NCBI GenBank assembly: GCA_016176465.1
Contig: JACOXD010000006.1
Coordinates: forward strand, 7,878-71,877
Length of the DNA stretch: 64,000 nt
From: Candidatus Daviesbacteria bacterium
GTDB lineage: Bacteria; Patescibacteriota; Microgenomatia; Daviesbacterales; UBA10151
Direction of reading: 5' to 3'
Shown piece by piece: positions 27,354 to 36,997 of this stretch. Made by a program: the position numbers and the translations under genes. The stretch's first letter is position 1; the number at the start of each line of letters is the position of its first letter. The notes beneath the pieces were generated by a model. That model made no database searches and was not told the DNA's origin. It saw only the letters and a program-made list of their open reading frames with translations.

Positions 27354-28466
27354 ATGAACCCGGAAGCTGTCCAACCAAGCGCTAAGACAATTTCTAAAGC
27401 TGCGGCGGCAAAGCAAACCGCTGGTATAAGGGAAGCTGGAGCAACAGAGCGTACAGCAGATATTAATCGGCGTTTAACTGCTTCAGCCCAAGGAAAACCA
27501 GCACAGGCTGTTAATTTAGCTGAGTTAAGAGCTAGATTTGCAATTGCCACTCCTATGTCTTACGAAAAACCTCAATCACAATTTGAAGCTTTTCCAACAA
27601 ATCAACCTCCTAGTCCCATTGAAGATAGAGATAGCCCAGAATTAGAGAGACTTAGAGAATTAGCCACCCAAGTAGAAGAAACTATCAAAATGAGCCATGG
27701 TTTAGAAAATGAGGATCTGCCCAGAATTGCAGAACATTTATGGGATGGAACAGATGATGAGTTAAAAGCTTTAACTCGACGTTCTACTCTCAACCCAAAA
27801 GCCTCTAACTACACAATTGCAGGAAGAGATCAAAGTGGGCAGGGTATTTATTCTGATGTAGTTTATCTTAGTCCAAAAATCCGTGAAAGCTTATCTAATG
27901 CTTCAGCTGAATCTTTATCGGAAGTTGGTACAACAAGATCTGAATTCCAAGCACTTATAGAAGAAGTGAGCCATTTTGTTTACAAAAATTACTACCGCCA
28001 ACTTTATGGAAGTAATCCCCACTCTGCATCTGTAGAATTAGTTGCTGTTTTGGATGAGTATAATGTTTTCCAATATCTATCAAGAGCTGCTCAAGGGAGA
28101 ACATTAAGCATTGAAGAACATTTGGCTACCATGGAACAATATGCGGCAGCCTATAATCCCGAGTACAGATCAGAAGGAGAATATATTGTTGGTCATGAAC
28201 TAGGATCCAAATATTTACTCTATTTAAATAGATTGCACAATAGTGGGCAAGATGCTGGAGCAGAACTTGGCAGATTTTATAGACTAACTAATCGCCAACA
28301 ACTTGAGTATTTATTTTACAATATAGGTTTAAGGGTAGAACACAAAACAAAAAATGAACAGCAAGAAGTAGCAAGGGTATTTTCTGAAATTAGTTCTTTG
28401 CAAAGTTCTGTTAGTAATCAGCCTCAAAGTAATGGCCGAGTATTCACTCCCAATAGGGCAGCATAA
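27354..28466 (+). CDS. hypothetical soluble protein with atypical (GC-richer) composition
   Basis: 370 aa with Ala/Gln-rich N-terminus. No TM or signal peptide. Confidence 0.5.
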   Translation: MNPEAVQPSAKTISKAAAAKQTAGIREAGATERTADINRRLTASAQGKPAQAVNLAELRARFAIATPMSYEKPQSQFEAFPTNQPPSPIEDRDSPELERLRELATQVEETIKMSHGLENEDLPRIAEHLWDGTDDELKALTRRSTLNPKASNYTIAGRDQSGQGIYSDVVYLSPKIRESLSNASAESLSEVGTTRSEFQALIEEVSHFVYKNYYRQLYGSNPHSASVELVAVLDEYNVFQYLSRAAQGRTLSIEEHLATMEQYAAAYNPEYRSEGEYIVGHELGSKYLLYLNRLHNSGQDAGAELGRFYRLTNRQQLEYLFYNIGLRVEHKTKNEQQEVARVFSEISSLQSSVSNQPQSNGRVFTPNRAA

Positions 28467-28606
28467 ATCCCTTTGAGTTGAACTTATTTAAAATCCTTGC
28501 TAAGCTTAAACTTAAGTATTTATGATTTTTAAAGTTTTTACTCATAAAGTTGTTGATCCTAAAGAGTTATTTTTTAATAAAGCTTTAAGAATCCTTTTAA
28601 CCACAA

Positions 28607-29071
28607 ATGCTTTGGTTTTGTGGGGATTTGATGGCTGCCAGCATAACTGGTGCAATTTTTGCTTTAACTGCAGGGATAGTTGTCTTATTTTCAGCTAAAA
28701 TCTCTGACAAAATAAAAAGAGCAGATTTAATTGTTATCTTAGGGTACCTTTTAATTGGCCTAGGATTTTTACTATTTATTTTTGCAAATTCTCTTCTTTT
28801 TTTATTTTTAATCCAAATTGTTATTGGTTTGGGTGAGGCCATTTATGCACCGGCTTTTGATAAACTTTACTCATCCCATTTAACTCCTGCTAAAACAGGT
28901 AGGGAATGGGGGGCTTGGGAAGCAACTCATTATTTTGCTATAGCAGTTGGTGCAGTTTTGGGTGGAATAATAGTCACAAATTTTGGTTTTAATGTATTAT
29001 TTATGATAATGGCTTTACTTTGTTTTTTCAGTGCCTTTTATATATATAAATTGCCCAAGCATATTCTTTAA
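28607..29071 (+). CDS. membrane protein resembling half of an MFS transporter (possible gene fragment)
   Basis: 154 aa with about 4-6 TM helices. No N-terminal half in frame upstream. Confidence 0.35.
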   Translation: MLWFCGDLMAASITGAIFALTAGIVVLFSAKISDKIKRADLIVILGYLLIGLGFLLFIFANSLLFLFLIQIVIGLGEAIYAPAFDKLYSSHLTPAKTGREWGAWEATHYFAIAVGAVLGGIIVTNFGFNVLFMIMALLCFFSAFYIYKLPKHIL

Positions 29072-30028
29072 ATGAGCCATAGAAAACTCACTTTAACACT
29101 ATTTATTGTTTATATTGTGGGCATGACTGCTGTTATGATTTGGCAAGGGATAGGAATTGCCCCTGATCGCTATGCCTTTGTTTTGCTTTTAGGAAGCTTA
29201 CTGGTAAAAAGGACAAGAAGATTTTTATTAGATTGGGTACCATTTTTATTCATCTTAATTTCTTATGATTTTTTAAGAGGTTTTGCCGATAATTTAAACA
29301 ACAGGGTCCATTTTTTTGAACTGATCCATTTTGATAAAGCCTTATTTGGAGAGCTTCCTACAACTCATTTACAAAAGTTGCTTTACACTCCTGGAGTGGT
29401 TCACTGGTACGATGTTGCATTTACAATTATTTATTTTCTCCACTTTGCACTACCTATGGCGTTTGGGTTTTTACTCTGGCTTTATAGTAAACCCCGCTTT
29501 AGGGAGTTTACTTTAGGGCTATTACTACTTTCTTATGCTGCCTGGATTACATATATTATCTACCCTGCTGCTCCCCCCTGGATGGCTGCTGATAAAGGCT
29601 ACGTACAAGTGGATAAAGTTATGTTTCAAACATTTGGGCTGTTTCCAGAAAAAATTTCTCTACCTACTGTCTATCATAAGTTTAATCCAAATCCAGTAGC
29701 TGCCATTCCTTCTATGCACGCAGGCTACCCGATATTTGTTTTACTGTTTGCTTTTACTATTTTTAAGAAAAAAGCATTGTTTTTCTTGCCTTATGTATTA
29801 ATTGTTTGGTTCGCCATAATTTATCTTGGAGAACACTATGTTATTGATGTATTACTTGGTGCTCTTTATGGAGTATTCTTCTTTATAGTTGCAAAAAAGC
29901 TCTCAGCTCATGTAAAATTCCTCCACCATTCTGAGACACACACTGGCTCTAAAGCTCAATTGGCAGAATTAAAGAATGAGGAAGGAGATACATTTAGGTG
30001 GCTAAAAAAGAAAATAGACAGATTTTAG
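29072..30028 (+). CDS. PAP2-superfamily-like integral membrane protein
   Basis: Polytopic protein with PSMHAGYP and GEHYVIDVLLG resembling PAP2 motifs C2/C3. Confidence 0.5.
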   Translation: MSHRKLTLTLFIVYIVGMTAVMIWQGIGIAPDRYAFVLLLGSLLVKRTRRFLLDWVPFLFILISYDFLRGFADNLNNRVHFFELIHFDKALFGELPTTHLQKLLYTPGVVHWYDVAFTIIYFLHFALPMAFGFLLWLYSKPRFREFTLGLLLLSYAAWITYIIYPAAPPWMAADKGYVQVDKVMFQTFGLFPEKISLPTVYHKFNPNPVAAIPSMHAGYPIFVLLFAFTIFKKKALFFLPYVLIVWFAIIYLGEHYVIDVLLGALYGVFFFIVAKKLSAHVKFLHHSETHTGSKAQLAELKNEEGDTFRWLKKKIDRF

Positions 30029-30171
30029 GATTGGATTGCAGCGTTTGTAAAAACCGAAACTATATAACTTCAAAAAATACTCTTAACACTAAAGATAAGT
30101 TAAGATTAAATAAATACTGCAAGCACTGTAGAAAAGTGACCCCTCATGAGGAAGTTAAAAAGCTCCATTAG
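29998..30171 (+). CDS. rpmG: ribosomal protein bL33 (not in ORF track because it is under 60 aa; GTG start)
   Basis: Hand translation gives VAKKENRQILGLDCSVCKNRNYITSKNTLNTKDKLRLNKYCKHCRKVTPHEEVKKLH*. This is the canonical L33 pattern with a CxxC...CxxC zinc ribbon. Confidence 0.85.
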   Translation: MAKKENRQILGLDCSVCKNRNYITSKNTLNTKDKLRLNKYCKHCRKVTPHEEVKKLH

Positions 30172-30218
30172 TTTGCTCCACCGTCCAAAAAAATTTGATT
30201 GACAAAATGTATATTTAA

Positions 30219-30509
30219 GTGTACATTTACAATATGCAAAATATAACTACTACCCAACTTAGAACAAAATCAAAAGAGTTAGTAAAAACTCTTAAAGAAG
30301 GGGGGACATTTCGTCTAATCCATAGATCTAGCGTGATAGGCGAGATTACACCATTAAGGCATCAACCAAAACCAATCACAGATATAGAAGCTTTCAAAAG
30401 GGCACTTGATGCTATCAGACCCAAGAAACTGATCCCTAAATCTCAGAGAGAAAAGGTTTATAGGAAGCACTTAGAAGAAAAACATGGTAAAAATATTTTT
30501 CGACGCTAA
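30219..30509 (+). CDS. putative antitoxin of a second VapBC-like pair
   Basis: 96-aa ORF overlapping the downstream PIN ORF by 26 nt. Confidence 0.4.
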   Translation: MYIYNMQNITTTQLRTKSKELVKTLKEGGTFRLIHRSSVIGEITPLRHQPKPITDIEAFKRALDAIRPKKLIPKSQREKVYRKHLEEKHGKNIFRR

Positions 30510-30849
30510 TTTCTATATTAGTCTAGTCGAGCAGAGAACCGCAATAGATCTAGATTATTTTAAATCACACATCCTTTTTGTCTCTCCCTTATCAATTGCG
30601 ATCCTAACCTATCTTTATAAATATCAGGTTCCTAATCAGAAATTAATTACTTCTTTGGACGATTTTCATTTAGTTACTTTAGATCAAGAAATTATCTATG
30701 CAGCTCTAGACGGACCAACTTCTGATCTTGAGGATAACATTCAGCTTCACTCTGCTTTTGAGGCTGAGTGTGATCTATTTTTAACAGAGGACAAGAGACT
30801 ATTAAGTTTAAAGTTTTTTGGCAAACTTAAGATTATCTCCAATCTTTAA
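30484..30849 (+). CDS. PIN-domain toxin-like protein
   Basis: IFFDANFYISL at the N-terminus and C-terminal FEAECDLFLTEDKRL (conserved D). Confidence 0.6.
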   Translation: MVKIFFDANFYISLVEQRTAIDLDYFKSHILFVSPLSIAILTYLYKYQVPNQKLITSLDDFHLVTLDQEIIYAALDGPTSDLEDNIQLHSAFEAECDLFLTEDKRLLSLKFFGKLKIISNL

Positions 30850-30890
30850 TGTTTATCCCTAAACTTAAATTTGGTAAAATTAGCATCTAT

Positions 30891-30966
30891 AGGGGTGTGG
30901 CGCAATTGGTAGCGCATCGGTCTCCAAAACCGACGGTTACAGGTTCGAGTCCTGTCGCCCCTGCCA
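30891..30966 (+). tRNA. tRNA-Trp (anticodon CCA), CCA encoded
   Basis: aggggtg/cgcccct acceptor, gcgc-aattggta-gcgc D-arm, anticodon stem tcggt/accga with loop ctccaaa, T-arm acagg-ttcgagt-cctgt, gcca end. Confidence 0.85.
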
Positions 30967-31003
30967 ACTCCTAAATCCTATAGTTTGAGTTTTTCTCCTT
31001 AGA

Positions 31004-31423
31004 ATGTTAATATTAGATCCTATGGAACGTGGACATTTACGTGTAGTCGGCGGCAATAAATCCTCTTTTATAGAGTCAGTAACTTTGCAAATTCCAGATA
31101 AGCATGATAGAAGATATACAACTGTGCTTCTTCGCGCCTCAAGAGATCGGCCTTTATTTAGCTTAGTTGCTCACAATCAAGAAGTGGGTATCGCTCCTCG
31201 GTCCAATATAATTGCAACGATTACTGAAGTATTAGCAGGAGGAGGAACCGCAGAAGTAAGTATAAAAGGTCAAAAAGATGGGGACTCTATAACTGTTATT
31301 TACTCTGGTCCTCATCAAGATAATCCAGGGAGTTTTTTGTTAGATAGTGAAACGTATAGATTTTCTGTAGATGTTGGATGGAAAAAAATAAGGAGTGCGT
31401 TGCTTATCCCTTCCCTAGAATAG
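31004..31423 (+). CDS. hypothetical protein (GC-richer orphan next to tRNA-Trp)
   Basis: 139-aa ORF. Confidence 0.4.
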   Translation: MLILDPMERGHLRVVGGNKSSFIESVTLQIPDKHDRRYTTVLLRASRDRPLFSLVAHNQEVGIAPRSNIIATITEVLAGGGTAEVSIKGQKDGDSITVIYSGPHQDNPGSFLLDSETYRFSVDVGWKKIRSALLIPSLE

Positions 31424-31463
31424 AATCTTGCTCTTTTTAAAGCTTTACTTTTAAAATTAGTTA

Positions 31464-32942
31464 ATGCTCGCTATTTTTAAACCTTTTTTAATATTTTTAT
31501 TTTTCCCAATTTATCTACTTTTAGAAAATTTTATCTTTAGAAAAGATGAGCTTAAAAGGGGTTATAAAATTTTTACATCCCTACTTGCAGTTTTTATTTT
31601 ACTTCCAATTTGGATTGTAATTTATTTTAGCGCTGCTTTAATTATAGCTGGGCAACTGCATTTTTTTAAAGAGCCTGTAGCTATTGCTGGTAGCGGCTCA
31701 ATGTATCCCACTTTTCCCAAAGGAGTCGAAAAAGACCCTAAGGTTGCTGCAAAAGAGATTGTTGGAGAATACTTTGCACTACCTTATCCAACTGGGTTTA
31801 ACCTTTTTGGTAAATCTTTTTTTTCTTACCAAATTAGTCATGGGGATATTGTTATTTTTGAAAACGAAAAAGTCAAAGCTATAACTAATACAGTTTATGG
31901 CTCCCCTTCCGGTTTAATAAAAAGGGTAATTGCTCTTCCAGGAGACAGTATTGAAATAAGAGATGGGTTGGTAATACTAAACAACAAAACTTTGGAAGAA
32001 CCATACATCGCTAGAGCCAGATCTACATTTGGCGGTGAATTTTTACCTGAATGCAAAAAGTTAGTTATTCCACAGGACAAATTATTTGTGATGGGAGATA
32101 ATAGGACAGGAAGTTCTGACTCTAGGTATGATGTACAACTAATAGACTTTTCAGATATTACCCATGTAATCCCCTTTGATAACCAAAAAGGTAAGTTAGA
32201 TAAAAATTGGCGCGACAGCACAAATGATTTACTTGAAAGTTCCAAAATTCACCTTGATAAGTTTGTCTATTTGGAACTTTTAAATAAAAAAAGAGTGGAA
32301 AATGGACTAAAGCCACTTAAATACCAACCTAAACTAGAATTATCTGCCAAATTACGTGGAGAGATAATGCTAAGGTTTGATGATTTCTCATTTGAAGCCT
32401 CAAGGAGTGGCTATACAATGGAAAAAGCACTCCAAGATGTTTCATATTCCAATATCACTTGGGGAGAAATTCCCACTCAAGGGTATTTTGAGGCAGAGGA
32501 GTTAATTGAAGGATTATTTGAATTTCCTGAAGGTAAAAAGTTTTTACTAAACCCAGATGATGAGGAGTTTGGAATTGCGCAAGTGCCAGGAGAGTTAAAT
32601 GGCTGTCCCACTCAAGTAATAGTCCAACATTTTGCCGGGTATATACCCCCTAATTATTCCGCGAAGGATATAGAGTCCTGGAAATCTCTTCTTAAAAACT
32701 TGCAGGAGATTAAAGCAGGTTGGCAAAACTTAAAAGACTTGGAAAAGTTTTATCAGGAAGAAAAGATTGATGTTGATAGAATAAATGAAATCATTCAATT
32801 TAGGTTAAATAATGTACCCAGAATAATTTCCCGTATGGAAGCAAATGAATGGCTGACTAAAGAAGAGCTTGACTATATTAAACAGGATAAAAATCTTAGC
32901 GAGGAACAAAATCAAATAGCAGACAAATTAAATAAAAGGTAG
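31464..32942 (+). CDS. lepB: signal peptidase I with long C-terminal extension
   Basis: Catalytic Ser region GSGSMYPTF, KRVIALPGDSIEIRDG and GDNRTGSSDSRYD boxes. An extra ~270 C-terminal residues. Confidence 0.8.
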   Translation: MLAIFKPFLIFLFFPIYLLLENFIFRKDELKRGYKIFTSLLAVFILLPIWIVIYFSAALIIAGQLHFFKEPVAIAGSGSMYPTFPKGVEKDPKVAAKEIVGEYFALPYPTGFNLFGKSFFSYQISHGDIVIFENEKVKAITNTVYGSPSGLIKRVIALPGDSIEIRDGLVILNNKTLEEPYIARARSTFGGEFLPECKKLVIPQDKLFVMGDNRTGSSDSRYDVQLIDFSDITHVIPFDNQKGKLDKNWRDSTNDLLESSKIHLDKFVYLELLNKKRVENGLKPLKYQPKLELSAKLRGEIMLRFDDFSFEASRSGYTMEKALQDVSYSNITWGEIPTQGYFEAEELIEGLFEFPEGKKFLLNPDDEEFGIAQVPGELNGCPTQVIVQHFAGYIPPNYSAKDIESWKSLLKNLQEIKAGWQNLKDLEKFYQEEKIDVDRINEIIQFRLNNVPRIISRMEANEWLTKEELDYIKQDKNLSEEQNQIADKLNKR

Positions 32943-32954
32943 TACACTAAAAAT

Positions 32955-33500
32955 ATGTCTGCCCTATTACGTAGTAACATATTAAAAAGTAAAAGAGGCT
33001 TCACATTAGTTGAATTAATAGTGACAATTACCATTATTGCTGTTTTATCGGCTGTTGCTCTAACTACCTACTCCAGTGCCCAAACTAAAGCCAGGGACCA
33101 TAGAAGAAAACAAGACATAAAATCAATCCAAACCGCTTTGGAGCTTTATTATTCAGTGAATAAAAAATATCCAAGTTCAACAGGTTGGTACTTATCTGAT
33201 AATACCTCTACCTGGTTGCCAGGACTTGATACAACTTACATCAATCAAGTTCCAAATGATCCCAAGAAAAACGGCCAAAATCCCGTTTTAACAAGCGGTG
33301 CACTAGGATACGCTTTTAGATCAGGTCCGATTAACGGAGGCTCGTGTAGTGGAATTTCTGGTACAGACCAATATTATATTTTAGCGACGGGTCTGGAGGA
33401 TAAAAATGATGGAGAAAGGAATGCTATTAAACAATATAAAGACTGCAACAATGACACCCCAACTAATCCGGATGCCTATGTAGTCTTTAGCAACCAGTAA
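32955..33500 (+). CDS. type IV pilin/pseudopilin
   Basis: Prepilin leader and N-methylation motif KRGFTLVELIVTITIIAVLSAVAL. Confidence 0.8.
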   Translation: MSALLRSNILKSKRGFTLVELIVTITIIAVLSAVALTTYSSAQTKARDHRRKQDIKSIQTALELYYSVNKKYPSSTGWYLSDNTSTWLPGLDTTYINQVPNDPKKNGQNPVLTSGALGYAFRSGPINGGSCSGISGTDQYYILATGLEDKNDGERNAIKQYKDCNNDTPTNPDAYVVFSNQ

Positions 33501-33523
33501 AAGAGTTCATAGTTGGTAGTTAT

Positions 33524-34831
33524 ATGTCTGATAATTTACCTAAAGCGATCCACGACCACAATACTCTAAAGTTTCCCGAAGGCTTTCTCTGGGGTAGCGC
33601 CACATCCGCTCACCAGGTAGAAGGAGCCAATATTAATAATGATTGGTGGCAGTGGGAAGCGCAAAGGCCTCTTAGTTTTCGATCGGGTTTAGCCAGCGAC
33701 CAATATAACCGCTACGAGGGTGATTTTGAATTAGTTAAAAATCTAGGACACAATGCTCATCGCCTAGGAGTTGAATGGTCCAGAATTGAACCCGCTGATG
33801 GAGAGTTTGATACAAGCGAAATTAGACACTACCAACAAGTTCTTAACTCTTTAAAGGATAAAAAAATAAAAATTATGCTAACACTTTGGCACTTTACCTT
33901 ACCTTTATGGGTGGCTAAAAAAGGAGGGTGGGAAAATCCAAAGATAAGTTTTTATTTTGAAAGGTTTGTTAAAAGATTAGTACCAGAGATAAAAGATTTT
34001 GTAGATTTTTGGATTACATTAAATGAACCAACTGTTTATCTTTACAATCTATATATTGACCCAAAATGGCCCGGGGGTAAAAAAACCTGGCTACTTAGGA
34101 ATATAAAAACTTTTTTTAATTTTACCTCCGCACATAAAAAAACATACAGGGTTTTAAAACTACTTGATCCTAATAAACCCGTGGGGATAGCTAATAATAT
34201 ACAATCGTTTGAACCTTTCCATAAACATTCTATCCCAGAGCAATTAGCTGTTGTTTTTAGCGATATTGTTACTAATCATATGTTTTATTTTTTTACCAAA
34301 GGAACACACGATTTCTTAGGGGTAAATTATTACTTTCACTATCGCTTGGATCATTTTCCAACCATTAGCAGGCCAAAGAAGCTATTTTCCGCACTTGTTG
34401 GAGATAAGCAAAAATTCCGAGATGTTTCTGATTTAGGTTGGGAGATTTACCCTGAGGGAATTTTTGACATACTTATAGATTTAAAAAATCACCTACCAGT
34501 TTATATAACTGAGTGTGGTATTGCTTCAACTAATGATGATAGAAGAACTAGGTTTTTAATTCATTATTTACAAGAAATTTTTAGAGCTATTAAATCAGGG
34601 GTGAATGTCAAAGGATTTTTTTATTGGTCGCTTCTTGATAACTTTGAGTGGCATCTGGGATTTAATCCCAGATTTGGATTAGTAGAGATAGATTATGGCA
34701 ACAATCAAAAAAGAACAGTTAGACCCTCAGCCTATGTTTATAAAGAGATAGCAGAAACTAATGGCATACCCCATAAACTTCTAAAATTATTAGGTCATGG
34801 GATGAGAGTTGAGGAATTAATAAAAGTATGA
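33524..34831 (+). CDS. glycoside hydrolase family 1 beta-glucosidase
   Basis: FLWGSATSAHQVEGA N-terminal signature, TLNEP acid/base and YITECG nucleophile motifs. Confidence 0.85.
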   Translation: MSDNLPKAIHDHNTLKFPEGFLWGSATSAHQVEGANINNDWWQWEAQRPLSFRSGLASDQYNRYEGDFELVKNLGHNAHRLGVEWSRIEPADGEFDTSEIRHYQQVLNSLKDKKIKIMLTLWHFTLPLWVAKKGGWENPKISFYFERFVKRLVPEIKDFVDFWITLNEPTVYLYNLYIDPKWPGGKKTWLLRNIKTFFNFTSAHKKTYRVLKLLDPNKPVGIANNIQSFEPFHKHSIPEQLAVVFSDIVTNHMFYFFTKGTHDFLGVNYYFHYRLDHFPTISRPKKLFSALVGDKQKFRDVSDLGWEIYPEGIFDILIDLKNHLPVYITECGIASTNDDRRTRFLIHYLQEIFRAIKSGVNVKGFFYWSLLDNFEWHLGFNPRFGLVEIDYGNNQKRTVRPSAYVYKEIAETNGIPHKLLKLLGHGMRVEELIKV

Positions 34832-35724
34832 CACATATTCCCATTACTCTTCTTGCCTATCTCTTAAACGGTCTCGCCGTGATTGGGGGTAAATTTTTAA
34901 TTTCTACCACTCTTCCTCGCCCACTGACCTATGTTTTTTACTTCAGCGCCTTCTCTTTAGTAGCCTTAATCCTTCTTCCTTTTACTTTAGTCCCCAGTTT
35001 GGAGGCTTTTGTTTTAGCTTCAACTTCTACTCTTCTTTGGACCTCTGGGGCTTATTTTATGTTTCAAGCGTTAAAATTGGGCCAAGCTTCCAGGGTAGTT
35101 CCTATTATTGGGGTATTAATTCCTACTTTCTTGCTATTTGATGCAACAATTTCACTTAGCATTCTACCAAATGAAATTTATGCTGTAGTTTTATTTATCT
35201 TAGGGTTATTTTTTTTGACTTTATCAAACTTAAAAGGAGACTTTCAAAAAAATGAGCTTATTTTTGAAGTTTTAAGCGCTTTCTTTTTTGCTATTTCTTA
35301 TTTAGTATTAAGAGAGGCCTATCTTCGCGCAGATTACTTATCTGTGCTTGTTTACTCACGATTTATCTTAATTCCGGTTGCAATTGTCATTTTATTAATT
35401 CCATCCTGGCGCCGGGTTATCCTTTTTTCCTCTGGAGCCATCTCACTTGTAAAAATCCGCTCTAAAATTGGTATCCTTTTTCTACTAACTCAAGCAGCTG
35501 GTGGAGCATCCGAGCTGCTTTTGACCTTTGCCATATCTTTAGCAAACCCTGCATTAGTAAACTCATTACAAGGAGCTCAGTACATATTTATTTTTGTTAT
35601 TAGCTTAGTTCTGGGAAGGTTTTACCCATCAATTTTTAAAGAAAGCTACAGCTTTGCAAGTCTATCAGGTAAAATTTTTGGCATAATTCTAGTAGGTGCG
35701 GGATTATATATATTAGCATTTTAG
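34828..35724 (+). CDS. DMT/EamA-like polytopic membrane transporter
   Basis: About 10 predicted TM helices with duplicated 5-TM halves. Confidence 0.45.
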   Translation: MTHIPITLLAYLLNGLAVIGGKFLISTTLPRPLTYVFYFSAFSLVALILLPFTLVPSLEAFVLASTSTLLWTSGAYFMFQALKLGQASRVVPIIGVLIPTFLLFDATISLSILPNEIYAVVLFILGLFFLTLSNLKGDFQKNELIFEVLSAFFFAISYLVLREAYLRADYLSVLVYSRFILIPVAIVILLIPSWRRVILFSSGAISLVKIRSKIGILFLLTQAAGGASELLLTFAISLANPALVNSLQGAQYIFIFVISLVLGRFYPSIFKESYSFASLSGKIFGIILVGAGLYILAF

Positions 35725-35917
35725 TAAGCGTCATCCCCTCGGGTCTGAGCTCCCCGAGTCTGAGCCTCGGAGTCGAAGACCTGAAGCGCATTAGTAATTG
35801 TCATCCTGAAGCGCGGGCCCCTTTAGGGAGGAAGGATCTCAGGATCTAGATTCTTCGCCTTCGGCTCAGAATGACAAAAAAATATCAGAATGACACAATA
35901 AGTCAGAACGACACAAT
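35725..35917. repeat. composite of two adjacent palindromic MITE-like elements (two subfamilies)
   Basis: gcgtcatcccctcgggtctgagc...ggagtcgaagacctgaagcgc followed by tgtcatcctgaagcgcgggcccctttagggaggaaggatct...gctcagaatgacaaaaaaatatcagaatgacacaataagtcagaacgacaca. Confidence 0.8.
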
Positions 35918-35923
35918 AAATAT

Positions 35924-36943
35924 ATGTCTAAATTACTGCTCACTTTTGTTTGTTTGTTGTTTTTAATTATTCTATCTGTCTTTTTTTACTCTTATTCTTT
36001 GGAGAAATCTGCTTTAGAAAAAAATCCCAAACTGGGAGTTACCTTTTCAGATAAATATGCCAGGTATTTAGGCTTAAATCCAATTGAAGTGCTAGAGGCA
36101 AGCATTAAAGAGTTGAAGGTTAAAAATATAAGAGTTCCACTTTACTGGGATCAAATAGAAAAAGCTGTGGGTGAATATGAATTTAGTGATGTAGATAAAT
36201 ATGTTAATTTAATATCCAAAAATGGTGGGAAAATTATTTTAGTAATCGGTAATAAAGTTCCCCGCTGGCCAGAATGCCATACACCCACTTATTTAAAAAA
36301 TCTCAGCAAAGAAAGAAAGCAAGAAAGGCTTTTAAAATATTTAGAAATTGTGGTTAAACGCTATGATAAGAATCCCTCTATCGTTGCTTGGCAGATAGAA
36401 AATGAGCCATTTTTAAATTTTGGGATTTGTCCTAAGCTAGATAAGCAAAGCTTTCCTACGGATAGGGAATTTTTAGAAAAAGAAATTAGTTTGGTTAGGA
36501 GCTTAACTCAAAAACCCACTATTGTAACTGATTCCGGAGAACTAACTACTTGGAAAAATAGCCTTAAATTATCTGATATTTTGGGTATCTCTGTTTATAG
36601 GGTGGTTCATGATCCATTCTTTAGTTACGTAAATTACCCATTTTCTCCATCATTTTATTCCTTAAAAGACAAACTACTTCGTTTTCTTTTTCCTTCAAAC
36701 AACAAAGAAACAATCATTGTAGAATTGCAAGCAGAGGGCTGGTTCACTAAAGGTATTAGAGAAACCAAAGTTCAAGAACAAATTAAGGCATTCCCAGTAA
36801 AAAATATAGAGAAAAATTTGCAGTTTGCTAAAAAAACAGGATTCGCTGAAGTTTATTTTTGGGGGCTTGAGTGGTGGTATTACTTAAAGCTAAAGGGACA
36901 TAGTGAGTACTGGGAGAAAGCTAAAGAAATCTTTAATAATTAA
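35924..36943 (+). CDS. membrane-anchored clan GH-A glycoside hydrolase (GH5-like)
   Basis: N-terminal TM. AWQIENEP (acid/base Glu) and IVELQAEGW (nucleophile Glu) spaced as in (beta/alpha)8 clan-A enzymes. Confidence 0.55.
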   Translation: MSKLLLTFVCLLFLIILSVFFYSYSLEKSALEKNPKLGVTFSDKYARYLGLNPIEVLEASIKELKVKNIRVPLYWDQIEKAVGEYEFSDVDKYVNLISKNGGKIILVIGNKVPRWPECHTPTYLKNLSKERKQERLLKYLEIVVKRYDKNPSIVAWQIENEPFLNFGICPKLDKQSFPTDREFLEKEISLVRSLTQKPTIVTDSGELTTWKNSLKLSDILGISVYRVVHDPFFSYVNYPFSPSFYSLKDKLLRFLFPSNNKETIIVELQAEGWFTKGIRETKVQEQIKAFPVKNIEKNLQFAKKTGFAEVYFWGLEWWYYLKLKGHSEYWEKAKEIFNN

Positions 36944-36997
36944 TTTGACAATATAGTTTTATAAAGTATATGCTCAAATGAGAGAGAATTTCTGCTC

